Assembly (NCBI GenBank): GCA_016180945.1
Contig: JACPAG010000003.1
Location: 39,312-103,311, forward strand
Reading direction: 5' to 3'
Length of the DNA stretch: 64,000 nt
Source: Candidatus Aenigmatarchaeota archaeon
GTDB taxonomy: Archaea > Aenigmatarchaeota > Aenigmatarchaeia > GW2011-AR5
The notes beneath the pieces are model-generated. The model had not been told where the DNA came from. It searched no databases and saw only the letters and a list, made by a program, of their open reading frames with translations. The translations under genes were made by a program, and so were the position numbers. Positions 27,584-36,224 of the stretch are shown here, in pieces (position 1 is the stretch's first letter; every line of letters begins with the position of its first letter).

Positions 27584-28534
27584 ATGGATGTTATGTTACG
27601 AAATCAGTTAAACAATACCCTTGCCGAGACAAGCTTTTCTTTCGGGAAATTGTACCGCGGCAAAGTAAGGGACAATTATACAATAAACGGCAGGAGAATA
27701 ATCATTTGCACCGACAGGCTGTCCGCTTTCGACAAGATTATATGTACCATCCCTTTCAAGGGGCAGGTTCTAAACCAGCTGGCTGCCTTCTGGTTCAACG
27801 AGACAAGGCGCATAGCCAAAAATCATCTCATAGAAATGCCAGATGCCAACGCTATCATTGCTAAAGAATGCAAGCCGATTCCAATAGAAATGATAGTCCG
27901 CAGATACATCACAGGCGTCACCAAAACGTCATTGTGGTTCAACTATTCCAAAGGCGAGAGAAAATTTTTCAGCGCAGTGCTTCCGAACAATCTGAAAAAA
28001 GACCAGAAACTGGGCGAGCCTATTATTACGCCGACGACAAAAATGGAAAAGCACGACAGGAATTTGTCAAGGAACGAGATAGAAAAATTCGTCCCGGTGG
28101 ACATATTCCGCCAGATGGAAGAAACATCCTTCAGGCTGTTTGAGTTCGGCTCAGGGCTCGCAGAAAGCCGCGGCCTGATACTCGTCGATACAAAATACGA
28201 GTTCGGCCTGTGCGACGGCGAATTAACGCTGATAGACGAGATGCATACGCCTGACTCGTCCCGTTTCTGGTTTGCGAACACTTATGAAAAATTATTTTCG
28301 CAGGGCCAGCCGCAGCGGGAACTGGACAAAGAATACGTGAGAAGATGGCTCGCTTCAAAGGGCTTTTTGGGCGAAGGTCCTGTTCCTGCAGTTCCGGAAG
28401 ACGTCAGGATAGAAGCGGCAAAAAGATACATAGAGGCTTTTGAAATCCTCACGGACAAAAAATTCGAGCCGGACACCAGAGATGCATCAAAACGGATTGA
28501 AAAAAATCTGATGAAAAAGGGTTATATAGAATAA
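27584..28534 (+). CDS. purC: SAICAR synthetase PurC
   Basis: LYRGKVRDNY, LILVDTKYEFG and HTPDSSRFW motifs. Confidence 0.85.
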   Translation: MDVMLRNQLNNTLAETSFSFGKLYRGKVRDNYTINGRRIIICTDRLSAFDKIICTIPFKGQVLNQLAAFWFNETRRIAKNHLIEMPDANAIIAKECKPIPIEMIVRRYITGVTKTSLWFNYSKGERKFFSAVLPNNLKKDQKLGEPIITPTTKMEKHDRNLSRNEIEKFVPVDIFRQMEETSFRLFEFGSGLAESRGLILVDTKYEFGLCDGELTLIDEMHTPDSSRFWFANTYEKLFSQGQPQRELDKEYVRRWLASKGFLGEGPVPAVPEDVRIEAAKRYIEAFEILTDKKFEPDTRDASKRIEKNLMKKGYIE

Positions 28535-28538
28535 TAAT

Positions 28539-28655
28539 CTGGCTATCGACTAGGAACAAACCGACGCAGAACAGACCGACGCAAGACAAATAGACGCACA
28601 GCAGTGCGTCAGTCTGGTTTGCGTCAAGTTGTCTTGTGTCTAGGTGTGTGGGATA
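28539..28655 (+). promoter_or_regulatory. Leader motif with a ~94-nt palindromic insert between the 5' box (CTGGCTATCGAC) and the 3' box (GTGGGATA)
   Basis: The insert contains the hairpin GACGCAC-AGCA-GTGCGTC and outer CAAACCGACG...CGTCAAGTTGTC arms, which are shared with the element at 61172-61220. Confidence 0.55.
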
Positions 28656-30023
28656 ATGACCGTTGATATTTTCGACTCCATCTCTCCATTGGACTACAGG
28701 TACAGCAGGACAGAAATAGTCAGAAAGCTTTCAAAATACCTTTCCGAGAATGCAAAAGTAAAATATCAGGCAATGGTCGAATGCGCTGCAGCAAAAGTTC
28801 TGGAGAAGGAAAGCCTCTGCCCGAAGGCAGCAGCCGAAGAGATATGCGCAGCGTGCCAGAAAATATCCGCATCGGAAGTTTACGAGGAAGAGGAAAAAAC
28901 AAAGCATGACATACGTGCATTGGCAAATTGCATAAGAAACCGCGTCAGCGAAGCCGCAAAGCCTTTCGTCCACTTCGGCCTCACGTCCTACGATGTCGTT
29001 AACACAGCAGACGCTCTGCGTTACAAGGAATGCGCAGAAGCCGTTATAATCCCGGCTTTGCTGGAGCTTGAAAAAACACTGATATCAATAGCCAGAAATG
29101 AGAAAAATACGCTGCAGATAGGCAGGACTCACGGCCAGCATGCGGAGCCGATAACGTTCGGCTTCGCGTTAGCCGAATATGTAGACCGTATCGGAAACCG
29201 GATAATCGAACTGAAAAAATCTGCAGACGGCCTGAGGGGCAAAATATCCGGCGCGGTAGGCGCTTATAATTCGCTGTCGTTGTTTTTCGGCGACCCCGAA
29301 GAATTTGAAAAAGAAGTTTTGAACGAGCTCGGCTTAAAGCCGGCGCTGCATTCAAAGCAGATTGTCGAACCCGAATTCGTTCTGGATTTTCTGCATCACA
29401 TAGTTTCCTGCTTCGGAATTCTGGCCAACCTGTCAGACGATATGCGTCATCTGCAGCGGTCCGAAATAGCCGAGGTAAGCGAAGCCTTTGGAGAAGCCCA
29501 GGTCGGTTCGTCAACAATGCCGCACAAAAGAAATCCCGTAAGCTTTGAAAATGTCAAAAGCCTGTGGAAGTCCACGATGCCGAGGCTGATGACAGTTTAC
29601 ATGGACCAGATTTCCGAGCACCAGCGCGACCTTACAAATTCAGCTTCTTCGCGTTTTATCCCGGAAATTCTGGCAGCGTTTGCAATAACCATCGAGAGGA
29701 TGAACAAGACGATGGCGAAGCTGGCTGTTGACAAGGCAGGCATGGCAAGAAATTTCGATAAGAGCAAGGATGCAATTATCGCAGAGCCGCTATATCTATT
29801 GCTCGCTTTTTACAGCCATCCGGACGCCCACGAAGCCGTGAGAAAGCTTTCTTCCGAGTCCAACCTTCTGGAACTTGCCGAGAAAAATTTCCCCGCCTAC
29901 TTCAAAAAATTCACGCCGAAACAGGTTGATATACTGAAAAACCCTCAAAAATATACGGGCCTGTCGGAAAAGAAAACCGAGGATGTCTGCAGTTCCTGGG
30001 AAAAGAAACTGGGCATAAAGTGA
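28656..30023 (+). CDS. purB: Adenylosuccinate lyase PurB
   Basis: SPLDYRYS N-terminus and the fumarate-lyase signature GSSTMPHKRNP. Start set at Met5 of the ORF-track ORF, directly after GGGATA. Confidence 0.85.
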   Translation: MTVDIFDSISPLDYRYSRTEIVRKLSKYLSENAKVKYQAMVECAAAKVLEKESLCPKAAAEEICAACQKISASEVYEEEEKTKHDIRALANCIRNRVSEAAKPFVHFGLTSYDVVNTADALRYKECAEAVIIPALLELEKTLISIARNEKNTLQIGRTHGQHAEPITFGFALAEYVDRIGNRIIELKKSADGLRGKISGAVGAYNSLSLFFGDPEEFEKEVLNELGLKPALHSKQIVEPEFVLDFLHHIVSCFGILANLSDDMRHLQRSEIAEVSEAFGEAQVGSSTMPHKRNPVSFENVKSLWKSTMPRLMTVYMDQISEHQRDLTNSASSRFIPEILAAFAITIERMNKTMAKLAVDKAGMARNFDKSKDAIIAEPLYLLLAFYSHPDAHEAVRKLSSESNLLELAEKNFPAYFKKFTPKQVDILKNPQKYTGLSEKKTEDVCSSWEKKLGIK

Positions 30024-30700
30024 AGACAAAGATTCCTATAGCTTCAGCCACAAAGCGAATGATAATTGAAACAATGACTGATGTCTCTGCTTTACCTGAG
30101 ATGATTATGGTGGCACATTCAACAAAATCTTCTATAAGAATCAAAATCCTAGCACTACGTAACCCCCTGTCGATAGAAGAAATAAAGGAAAAAAGTGCAT
30201 CCATAAAAGAAAAACTGTTTTCTATGGAAGTATTCAGGAATTCAAAAGTAGTTTTTTTCTATGTATCCGTTGGGAGTGAGGTACAGACACATGATATGAT
30301 AAAAGAAATATTGGATAAAAAAAAGGTTGCTGTTCCGATGCCGGAAAAAGCAAACAAAACCCTGTCGGCTTCGGAGTTACTTAATTTTAACGAATTAGAA
30401 CCGGGTTCTTTCTCCATACTAGAACCAAAAAAAGAATTTGTAAGAATAGTTAACCCAAAAGATTTGGATTTGGTCGTTGTTCCCGGGATAGCATTTGACA
30501 AAAAAGGGAACAGAATCGGTCACGGCCGCGGTTATTTTGACAGGTTTCTGGAAAATATATCAGTGCCAAAAATTGCCCTTGCATATGAAATGCAGATTGT
30601 AGATAACATACCGGCAGACAAAAATGATGTCGGTGTGGATTTCATTGTAACGGAAAAAAGAATTATCAGATGCGAAAAAGAAGATAAAAGAGGAAATTGA
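30020..30700 (+). CDS. 5-formyltetrahydrofolate cyclo-ligase (MTHFS)
   Basis: VPGIAFDKKGNRIGHGRGYFDRFL is the family signature. Confidence 0.7.
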   Translation: MKTKIPIASATKRMIIETMTDVSALPEMIMVAHSTKSSIRIKILALRNPLSIEEIKEKSASIKEKLFSMEVFRNSKVVFFYVSVGSEVQTHDMIKEILDKKKVAVPMPEKANKTLSASELLNFNELEPGSFSILEPKKEFVRIVNPKDLDLVVVPGIAFDKKGNRIGHGRGYFDRFLENISVPKIALAYEMQIVDNIPADKNDVGVDFIVTEKRIIRCEKEDKRGN

Positions 30701-30794
30701 TACAAGCGATACCACCAGTCTCGGACTGGTGGTTCGTGGTGTAAAAAACTTTGTCGTTAATATCAAATGATGCAAGAAGGACTTGCGAGTCCTT
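30701..30794 (+). repeat. R1 dispersed repeat, copy 3 (94 nt identical to copy 4)
   Basis: Begins the base after the MTHFS TGA. Contains a second hairpin AAGGAC-TTGCGA-GTCCTT. Confidence 0.75.
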
Positions 30795-31003
30795 CCGATG
30801 GAGACAAAGATTTTTCACATGAATCAAAAATTATCTAAGAAAGATAAACAATTTCTACTAAATATAACAATTTCCAGTAGACAATTTTTGATAACAATTT
30901 AGCAGATATCAAAAATCTTAATGGGCAATGCCAAAAATATCTTTTTGAATTATACCCAACCTTAAAAAATGAAAAATTTTACCATTAATGCAACCTAATC
31001 TAC

Positions 31004-31612
31004 TCAGCGAGATATACTTACTCTCTTTCCTTCAACCCTTATTTTCCCTTCAGAAAATAACCTCACAGCCCGTACCAGAACCTCCTGCTCCGCCTTCTGG
31101 ACCTTTTCTTTCAGCGAATCCGTTGTTTCATTTTCGTCTATCTCAACAGTCTTCTGCAGTATTATCGGTCCTGCATCCACGTCCTCGGTGACGAAATGCA
31201 GCGTACATCCGCTTACTTTGCAGCCGCTTTCCAAAACGGTTTTGTGCACGTCCTTGTCCATGCCGCCGCCGAATGCAGGCAGCAGGGACGGATGGATGTT
31301 CATGATCCTGTCCCTGTATTTGCCGACAAAATAAGGAGAAACTATTTTCATATACCCAATGAGAAGAACTAAATCAACGTTTCTTTTTTCCAGCTCTCTG
31401 ACAATTTCCTCATCGTATTCCTCCCTTGTTTTATTTTTCGGGTCTATGAATCTGGCTTCTATGTTATGGTTCCTGGCCCTTTCAAGTGCGTACGCATCCT
31501 GCTTGTTGCTGATGACGCACGCAATTTTTGCATCCAGGCCGTTTTTAATTTCATCTATTATCGCCTGCATGTCCGTTGCCTTAGTAGACGCTAAAACTGC
31601 TATGTTAATCAT
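31004..31612 (-). CDS. purN: Phosphoribosylglycinamide formyltransferase PurN
   Basis: MINIAVLASTKATDMQAII...NIHPSLLPAFGG motifs. Start at Met19 of the ORF-track ORF. Confidence 0.8.
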   Translation of the reverse strand: MINIAVLASTKATDMQAIIDEIKNGLDAKIACVISNKQDAYALERARNHNIEARFIDPKNKTREEYDEEIVRELEKRNVDLVLLIGYMKIVSPYFVGKYRDRIMNIHPSLLPAFGGGMDKDVHKTVLESGCKVSGCTLHFVTEDVDAGPIILQKTVEIDENETTDSLKEKVQKAEQEVLVRAVRLFSEGKIRVEGKRVSISR

Positions 31613-32462
31613 GTGTTCCACCAAATTTTTCAGCCAGCATGACTGTATTTTCCAAGACCATCGCAACAGTCATCGGCCCTACGCCGCCCGGCACCGGCGT
31701 GATGAAGGATGCCTTATCCATGACATCAAAATCCGCGTCGCCGCAAATCTTGCCGCCAACTTTGTTGATGCCGACGTCTATCACCACAGAGCCGCTTTTT
31801 ATCATATCTTTTTTAAGGAATCCGGGTTTCCCGACAGCCACTACGACGATGTCGGCTTCTTTCGTATGTTTTGGTATGTCAGCCGTCTTGCTGTGGCAGA
31901 TAGTCACAGTGGCATGGCGGTTAAGCATCAGAAACGACAGCGGTCTTCCGACAATCCTGCTCCTGTTTATAATAACAACGTTTTTCCCCTTGATGTCAAC
32001 TTTCATGTAGTCCAGCATCTTCATTATCCCTTTCGGCGTGCACGGCGCGATAGCATCAATGCCCAGCGCAAGCTTCCCGGCGTTTACGGGATTTAGGCAA
32101 TCCACGTCCTTTTTTGGGTTAATGGAGCTGAGTACGGTATCCTCGTCTATGTTGGGAGGAAACGGCAGCTGGGTTATTATGCCGTGGACAGAAGGGTCTT
32201 CATTCACCTTCTTCAGAAAAGCCAGAATTTCGTCCGTAGTGGCAGAAGAGAATTTAACCAGTTCAGCATGTATTCCGGCATTGTTGCACGCATTAATTTT
32301 GTTTTTAACGTATACTTGGGAAGCCGCATTATCGCCTATCAGGACTATTACCAGTCTTGGTTGTACGCCCTTTTCCTTGAGGCTTTCAACACGCTTTCGC
32401 ATAGCTTCCTTTATTTCAGCAGCAATCCTTTTTCCGTCTATGATAATGCCCATATCTAACAC
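31605..32462 (-). CDS. folD: Methylene-THF dehydrogenase / methenyl-THF cyclohydrolase FolD
   Basis: ILVQLPLP-like motif ITQLPFPPNI and the NAD(P) site GKPGF. Confidence 0.85.
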   Translation of the reverse strand: MLDMGIIIDGKRIAAEIKEAMRKRVESLKEKGVQPRLVIVLIGDNAASQVYVKNKINACNNAGIHAELVKFSSATTDEILAFLKKVNEDPSVHGIITQLPFPPNIDEDTVLSSINPKKDVDCLNPVNAGKLALGIDAIAPCTPKGIMKMLDYMKVDIKGKNVVIINRSRIVGRPLSFLMLNRHATVTICHSKTADIPKHTKEADIVVVAVGKPGFLKKDMIKSGSVVIDVGINKVGGKICGDADFDVMDKASFITPVPGGVGPMTVAMVLENTVMLAEKFGGTHD

Positions 32463-33814
32463 ATCCTTCTCAGTCTTTTCATGTTTTCAATGCTTTTTTT
32501 TATGTGCCCCGCCGAGGCTATGTCCGTCCTGTTCCACAAATCCCCTTTAACAGCATTTATGCCGTCTAGAGAAATTTCTCTGGCCGCTTGTATGCTGTCC
32601 GCTATTCCGACAGCGCATACCGTTCTTGAATTCATCGCCCTCGTTTTTCCGTTAGTAACCTCCATCGAACACGGGTAGATTCTTATATCGTCGCCATATT
32701 TGCTTTTCAGTTCTAAAGCCTTAGTCAAATCAACAGCCCTGTTTTCAAAAACCCTTTCCTTCCCGCCGTATGTGGGCGGCACCTTGTATGTTGCAACCGT
32801 CGCCTTCTTGTCGAAATGCATGTTTTTGACATTGCCATTAATCATGTCAAAGCATACCTCTACAAAATCGTCCTTAAGAACAGGCATGATGCATTGCGCT
32901 TCAGGCATTCCAAGCCGCGAGTTTATCTCAAAAACCTTCAGCCCGTCTTCAGCACAGGTGAACGCCAGATACATTATTCCTCTCAATCCGTCGCTAGGAC
33001 CAAGTTTCTTGAATATTCTTTTGCCTGTTGCTGTTGCGTCGTCCAAGTCTTTGTTCGTCATGAATGGCAGTATATTACCGGCGTCTTTGTAAGAGCCCAT
33101 GCCGCCGGTATTCGGGCCGGCGTCATTGTCGAAAGCCCGCTTGTAATCGCGCACAGCCGGCGCTGGCACGAGGTTAAACCCGTCTGTGAAGAACTGTAGG
33201 CTGAATTCTTCACCATCAATTTTTTCTTCAACTATAACCGGGCTTGGATATATGGAAAAAAAGTGTTCTATTATTTGTTCGCGCGTATTGAAATGGTCCC
33301 CCCAGACGCCGACCCCTTTTCCCAAGGCGGGCTTGTCTGGCTTGACAGCTACTTTGTTGTCCAGTTCTTCCAGCCATAAAACCAGTTCTTTTTTTGCCTC
33401 TTCAGTGCTGGCATAGTCCTTTGAATCAAAAATCTTGAATCTGGGATTCGCCTCAGGGCAGCATTCTTCTAGCAAAAGCCGTTGCCTCGCCTTGCTGCCT
33501 TCCAGTGCGAATTCTCTTGTCGGGCATATCATCGGCACGCCTAATTTTTCCACTTCGTCTCGCACGCCGTTTATGATAGGATTTTCCGGCCCCACTATGC
33601 CAAAATCTATCTGGTCTTTGTGCTTTTTTGCAAACTCAACAATGCCGCCGACATCTAAATTAGGTATGACAGCATGTTCTTTTGCGATAGCAACGTTGAA
33701 CGGGTTTTTCTGCCTGTCGGCTATGTACAAATCCGGTTTCTGCGGACTCCTAGAAAACGCATCGGCGATAGAGCATTCGCGCGCCCCGTAGCCGATGAGA
33801 AGTACCCCGACCAT
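32456..33814 (-). CDS. purD: Phosphoribosylamine-glycine ligase PurD
   Basis: ATP-grasp GAR synthetase organisation (VLLIGYGAREC..., EEFS, GGMGSY). Confidence 0.85.
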   Translation of the reverse strand: MVGVLLIGYGARECSIADAFSRSPQKPDLYIADRQKNPFNVAIAKEHAVIPNLDVGGIVEFAKKHKDQIDFGIVGPENPIINGVRDEVEKLGVPMICPTREFALEGSKARQRLLLEECCPEANPRFKIFDSKDYASTEEAKKELVLWLEELDNKVAVKPDKPALGKGVGVWGDHFNTREQIIEHFFSIYPSPVIVEEKIDGEEFSLQFFTDGFNLVPAPAVRDYKRAFDNDAGPNTGGMGSYKDAGNILPFMTNKDLDDATATGKRIFKKLGPSDGLRGIMYLAFTCAEDGLKVFEINSRLGMPEAQCIMPVLKDDFVEVCFDMINGNVKNMHFDKKATVATYKVPPTYGGKERVFENRAVDLTKALELKSKYGDDIRIYPCSMEVTNGKTRAMNSRTVCAVGIADSIQAAREISLDGINAVKGDLWNRTDIASAGHIKKSIENMKRLRRMC

Positions 33815-33875
33815 AGCTCTTTGATGGATACAAATTTTATAAAGGTTAAGTAAAAGGCAAATGACAGGGCATTAG

Positions 33876-33952
33876 AATTTTTCTTTTCCCAAGGCTTTTC
33901 TTTCTTTAAACCCAAGGGCGTTTCTTTCTTTTCGAAAAAGAAAGAAAAGGGC
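33876..33952 (-). terminator. Terminator-like hairpin with T tracts after purF
   Basis: After the stop, the minus strand reads GCCCTTTTCTTT...AAAAAGAAAGAAAAGG...TTTTCTTTT. Same architecture as 50587-50647 and 48085-48135. Confidence 0.5.
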
Positions 33953-35368
33953 TTACTTGTGCCTGTTAACAATCTGCTGGTAATGTCTTGCATCGTCACT
34001 TACAATATTGCTTTCGGCCAGTTTGACAAGCTCTTGGCCGAATGGCGTCGGGTATTCCCCGGTCAGGCATGCTGTGCACAGTCCCTTGAGTTGCAGCGCA
34101 TCCCGCAGCCCTTCCATAGTCTGGTATGTGAGTGAGTCAGCATTTATCGACTTGCGTATATCGTCAATCGTTTTCTCATTGGCAATCAGCTCCCCCCTTG
34201 TCGCAAAGTCGATGCCGTAGTAGCATGGCGATATCAGCGGCGGACACGTCGAGGCGAAGTGAACTTCTTTTGCCCCGTGTTTTCTTAGTATGTCGACAAT
34301 GCGCTGCGCCGTTATGCCGCGCACGATGCTGTCATCAACTATGAGGACGCTTTTGCCTTTTATCATATGCTCGTTAGCCGTATATTTTATGTAAGTGTAT
34401 GTGTGCCTGGTTTTCTGGTCCTTCATTATGAAGGTCCTGCTGTCTGCGTACCTGTTTCTGATAAGCGCTTCTATATACGGCACCCCCAGAACTTCGGCCA
34501 TTTTTATTGCAGCCGGTCTCGATGTTTCAGGCACGGCAGCAACAAAATCCGGCACGATGCCCTTTTTTATTATTTCTTTTGCCAGATTCCCGCCAAGCTT
34601 CATTCTGGCTTCGTAGACGTTTTTCCCGGCAAATGTTGATGATGGGTGGGCAAAATATACAAATTCAAACATGCAGTGTGCATGCTTTTTTTCTACCAGT
34701 ATGTCGGCTTCTACCCCGTCCTTGCTTATTATGACAAGCTCGCCCGGCTCAACCTCCCTTACAAATTCCATGTCAGGCAGATGCATTGAGATAGGTTCAG
34801 ACGACGCCATAAAATGGCTTTGGGAACCGCCGAGAAACAGCGGCCTTAAACCGTTCGGGTCCCGGAAAACGAGCAGCTTGTCGTTGAGAATGCACGTTAT
34901 AGAATAAGAGCCGTCAACGGTATTCATGAACTGCCTAATCGTGCTTTGAATATCGCCGTTATTGTCATCGAGCATCCTTGCAATAAGATACGTGATGAAT
35001 TCCGTGTCCGTAACAAAATCCTTCTTGTTTACCATGTCGGTGATTTTGTAAACGTTTGTGATGTTGCCATTGTGAGTCAGACATATTTGCCCGTAGCGTG
35101 ACTGCGCAACAAAAGGCTGCGAAACCTTTTCCATGTCGTCGTCAGCGCTTCCGGATGTCGGGTAGCGCGTAGAACCTATGCAGACATCCGTATACTGGTT
35201 TTCTATCTGCATGTTGCCAATACTGCCGGTGCATTTCTGTACCTTTATGCCGTCATTGGAAAGCCATGCAATGCCCGTCGCATCCTGTCCTCTGTGCGTC
35301 AAAAGTTGCAGGGGAAGCTGTATCTGCCTCAGGTCGACATGACCAAAAATGCCCACCACGCCGCACAT
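33953..35368 (-). CDS. purF: Amidophosphoribosyltransferase PurF
   Basis: MCGVVGI N-terminal nucleophile and a PRTase domain. Confidence 0.85.
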   Translation of the reverse strand: MCGVVGIFGHVDLRQIQLPLQLLTHRGQDATGIAWLSNDGIKVQKCTGSIGNMQIENQYTDVCIGSTRYPTSGSADDDMEKVSQPFVAQSRYGQICLTHNGNITNVYKITDMVNKKDFVTDTEFITYLIARMLDDNNGDIQSTIRQFMNTVDGSYSITCILNDKLLVFRDPNGLRPLFLGGSQSHFMASSEPISMHLPDMEFVREVEPGELVIISKDGVEADILVEKKHAHCMFEFVYFAHPSSTFAGKNVYEARMKLGGNLAKEIIKKGIVPDFVAAVPETSRPAAIKMAEVLGVPYIEALIRNRYADSRTFIMKDQKTRHTYTYIKYTANEHMIKGKSVLIVDDSIVRGITAQRIVDILRKHGAKEVHFASTCPPLISPCYYGIDFATRGELIANEKTIDDIRKSINADSLTYQTMEGLRDALQLKGLCTACLTGEYPTPFGQELVKLAESNIVSDDARHYQQIVNRHK

Positions 35369-35448
35369 GTGAAAAACCTTTGTATCGACAATGTTGCTCG
35401 TATTGAATACTTACCGATTCAATTTAAAAAGGTTTCTTTAAATAAAGC

Positions 35449-36219
35449 TTAAAAATTTTCCTTAATCCACTGGACGGCGTTAATAAAAATTTTTCTTCCG
35501 CCCGGCTTTACGCACTCCCGTGTCCATCTGGGATGGTTTGCCGCATAAAGAAATTTTTCCGGATGGGGCATCATCCCGAACACGTTCCCGGTTTCATTGC
35601 ATATTGCAGCTATGCCGCCCGCCGAACCATTGGGGTTCCACGGAAATCCGGCAGCCCTTCCAGTTTCATCGACGTATCTGAATATTACCTGGCCGTTTTT
35701 TTCCAGCCGGTGAATAACGCCCTCTTTTGCCATGAATTTTCCTTCTCCGTGATTGACAGGCAGGTATAGGGATTTTATGCCGCGCGTAAAAATGCATTTG
35801 TCGCTGTCGGCTTTGAGATATACCCACCTGTCCTGGAATCTGCCGATATCATTGTACGAAAGTGTAACGTTCTGCTCGGCAAACCCCCTTGCCGTTCCGG
35901 GCAGCAGCCCGCATTTGACCAGAGACTGGAATCCGTTGCATATCCCTATTATCAGTTTTCCGGAAGAAACGAAGTCTTTTATGCCGCCGTAAAGTTTGTA
36001 TCTTAATTTGTTTGCGAATATCTTTCCTGATGCGATGTAGTCGCCGTACGCAAAGCCCCCGCTTATTGCAATGATGTGGTAATCTTCCAGCATGGGGTTT
36101 GTCAGTGCATTAATGTGTATTCTCTCGGCGGTCGCGCCGGCTATTGAAAAAGCGTGAGCCGTCTCAATGTCGCAGTTAGTCCCAGGCGCGCGCACAATTG
36201 CTACTTTTACAGTCTTCAT
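35449..36219 (-). CDS. purQ: FGAM synthase glutaminase subunit PurQ
   Basis: GICNGFQ catalytic Cys and the HPE motif MMPHPEK. Start at Met11 of the ORF-track ORF. Confidence 0.8.
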   Translation of the reverse strand: MKTVKVAIVRAPGTNCDIETAHAFSIAGATAERIHINALTNPMLEDYHIIAISGGFAYGDYIASGKIFANKLRYKLYGGIKDFVSSGKLIIGICNGFQSLVKCGLLPGTARGFAEQNVTLSYNDIGRFQDRWVYLKADSDKCIFTRGIKSLYLPVNHGEGKFMAKEGVIHRLEKNGQVIFRYVDETGRAAGFPWNPNGSAGGIAAICNETGNVFGMMPHPEKFLYAANHPRWTRECVKPGGRKIFINAVQWIKENF

Positions 36220-36224
36220 AATCT

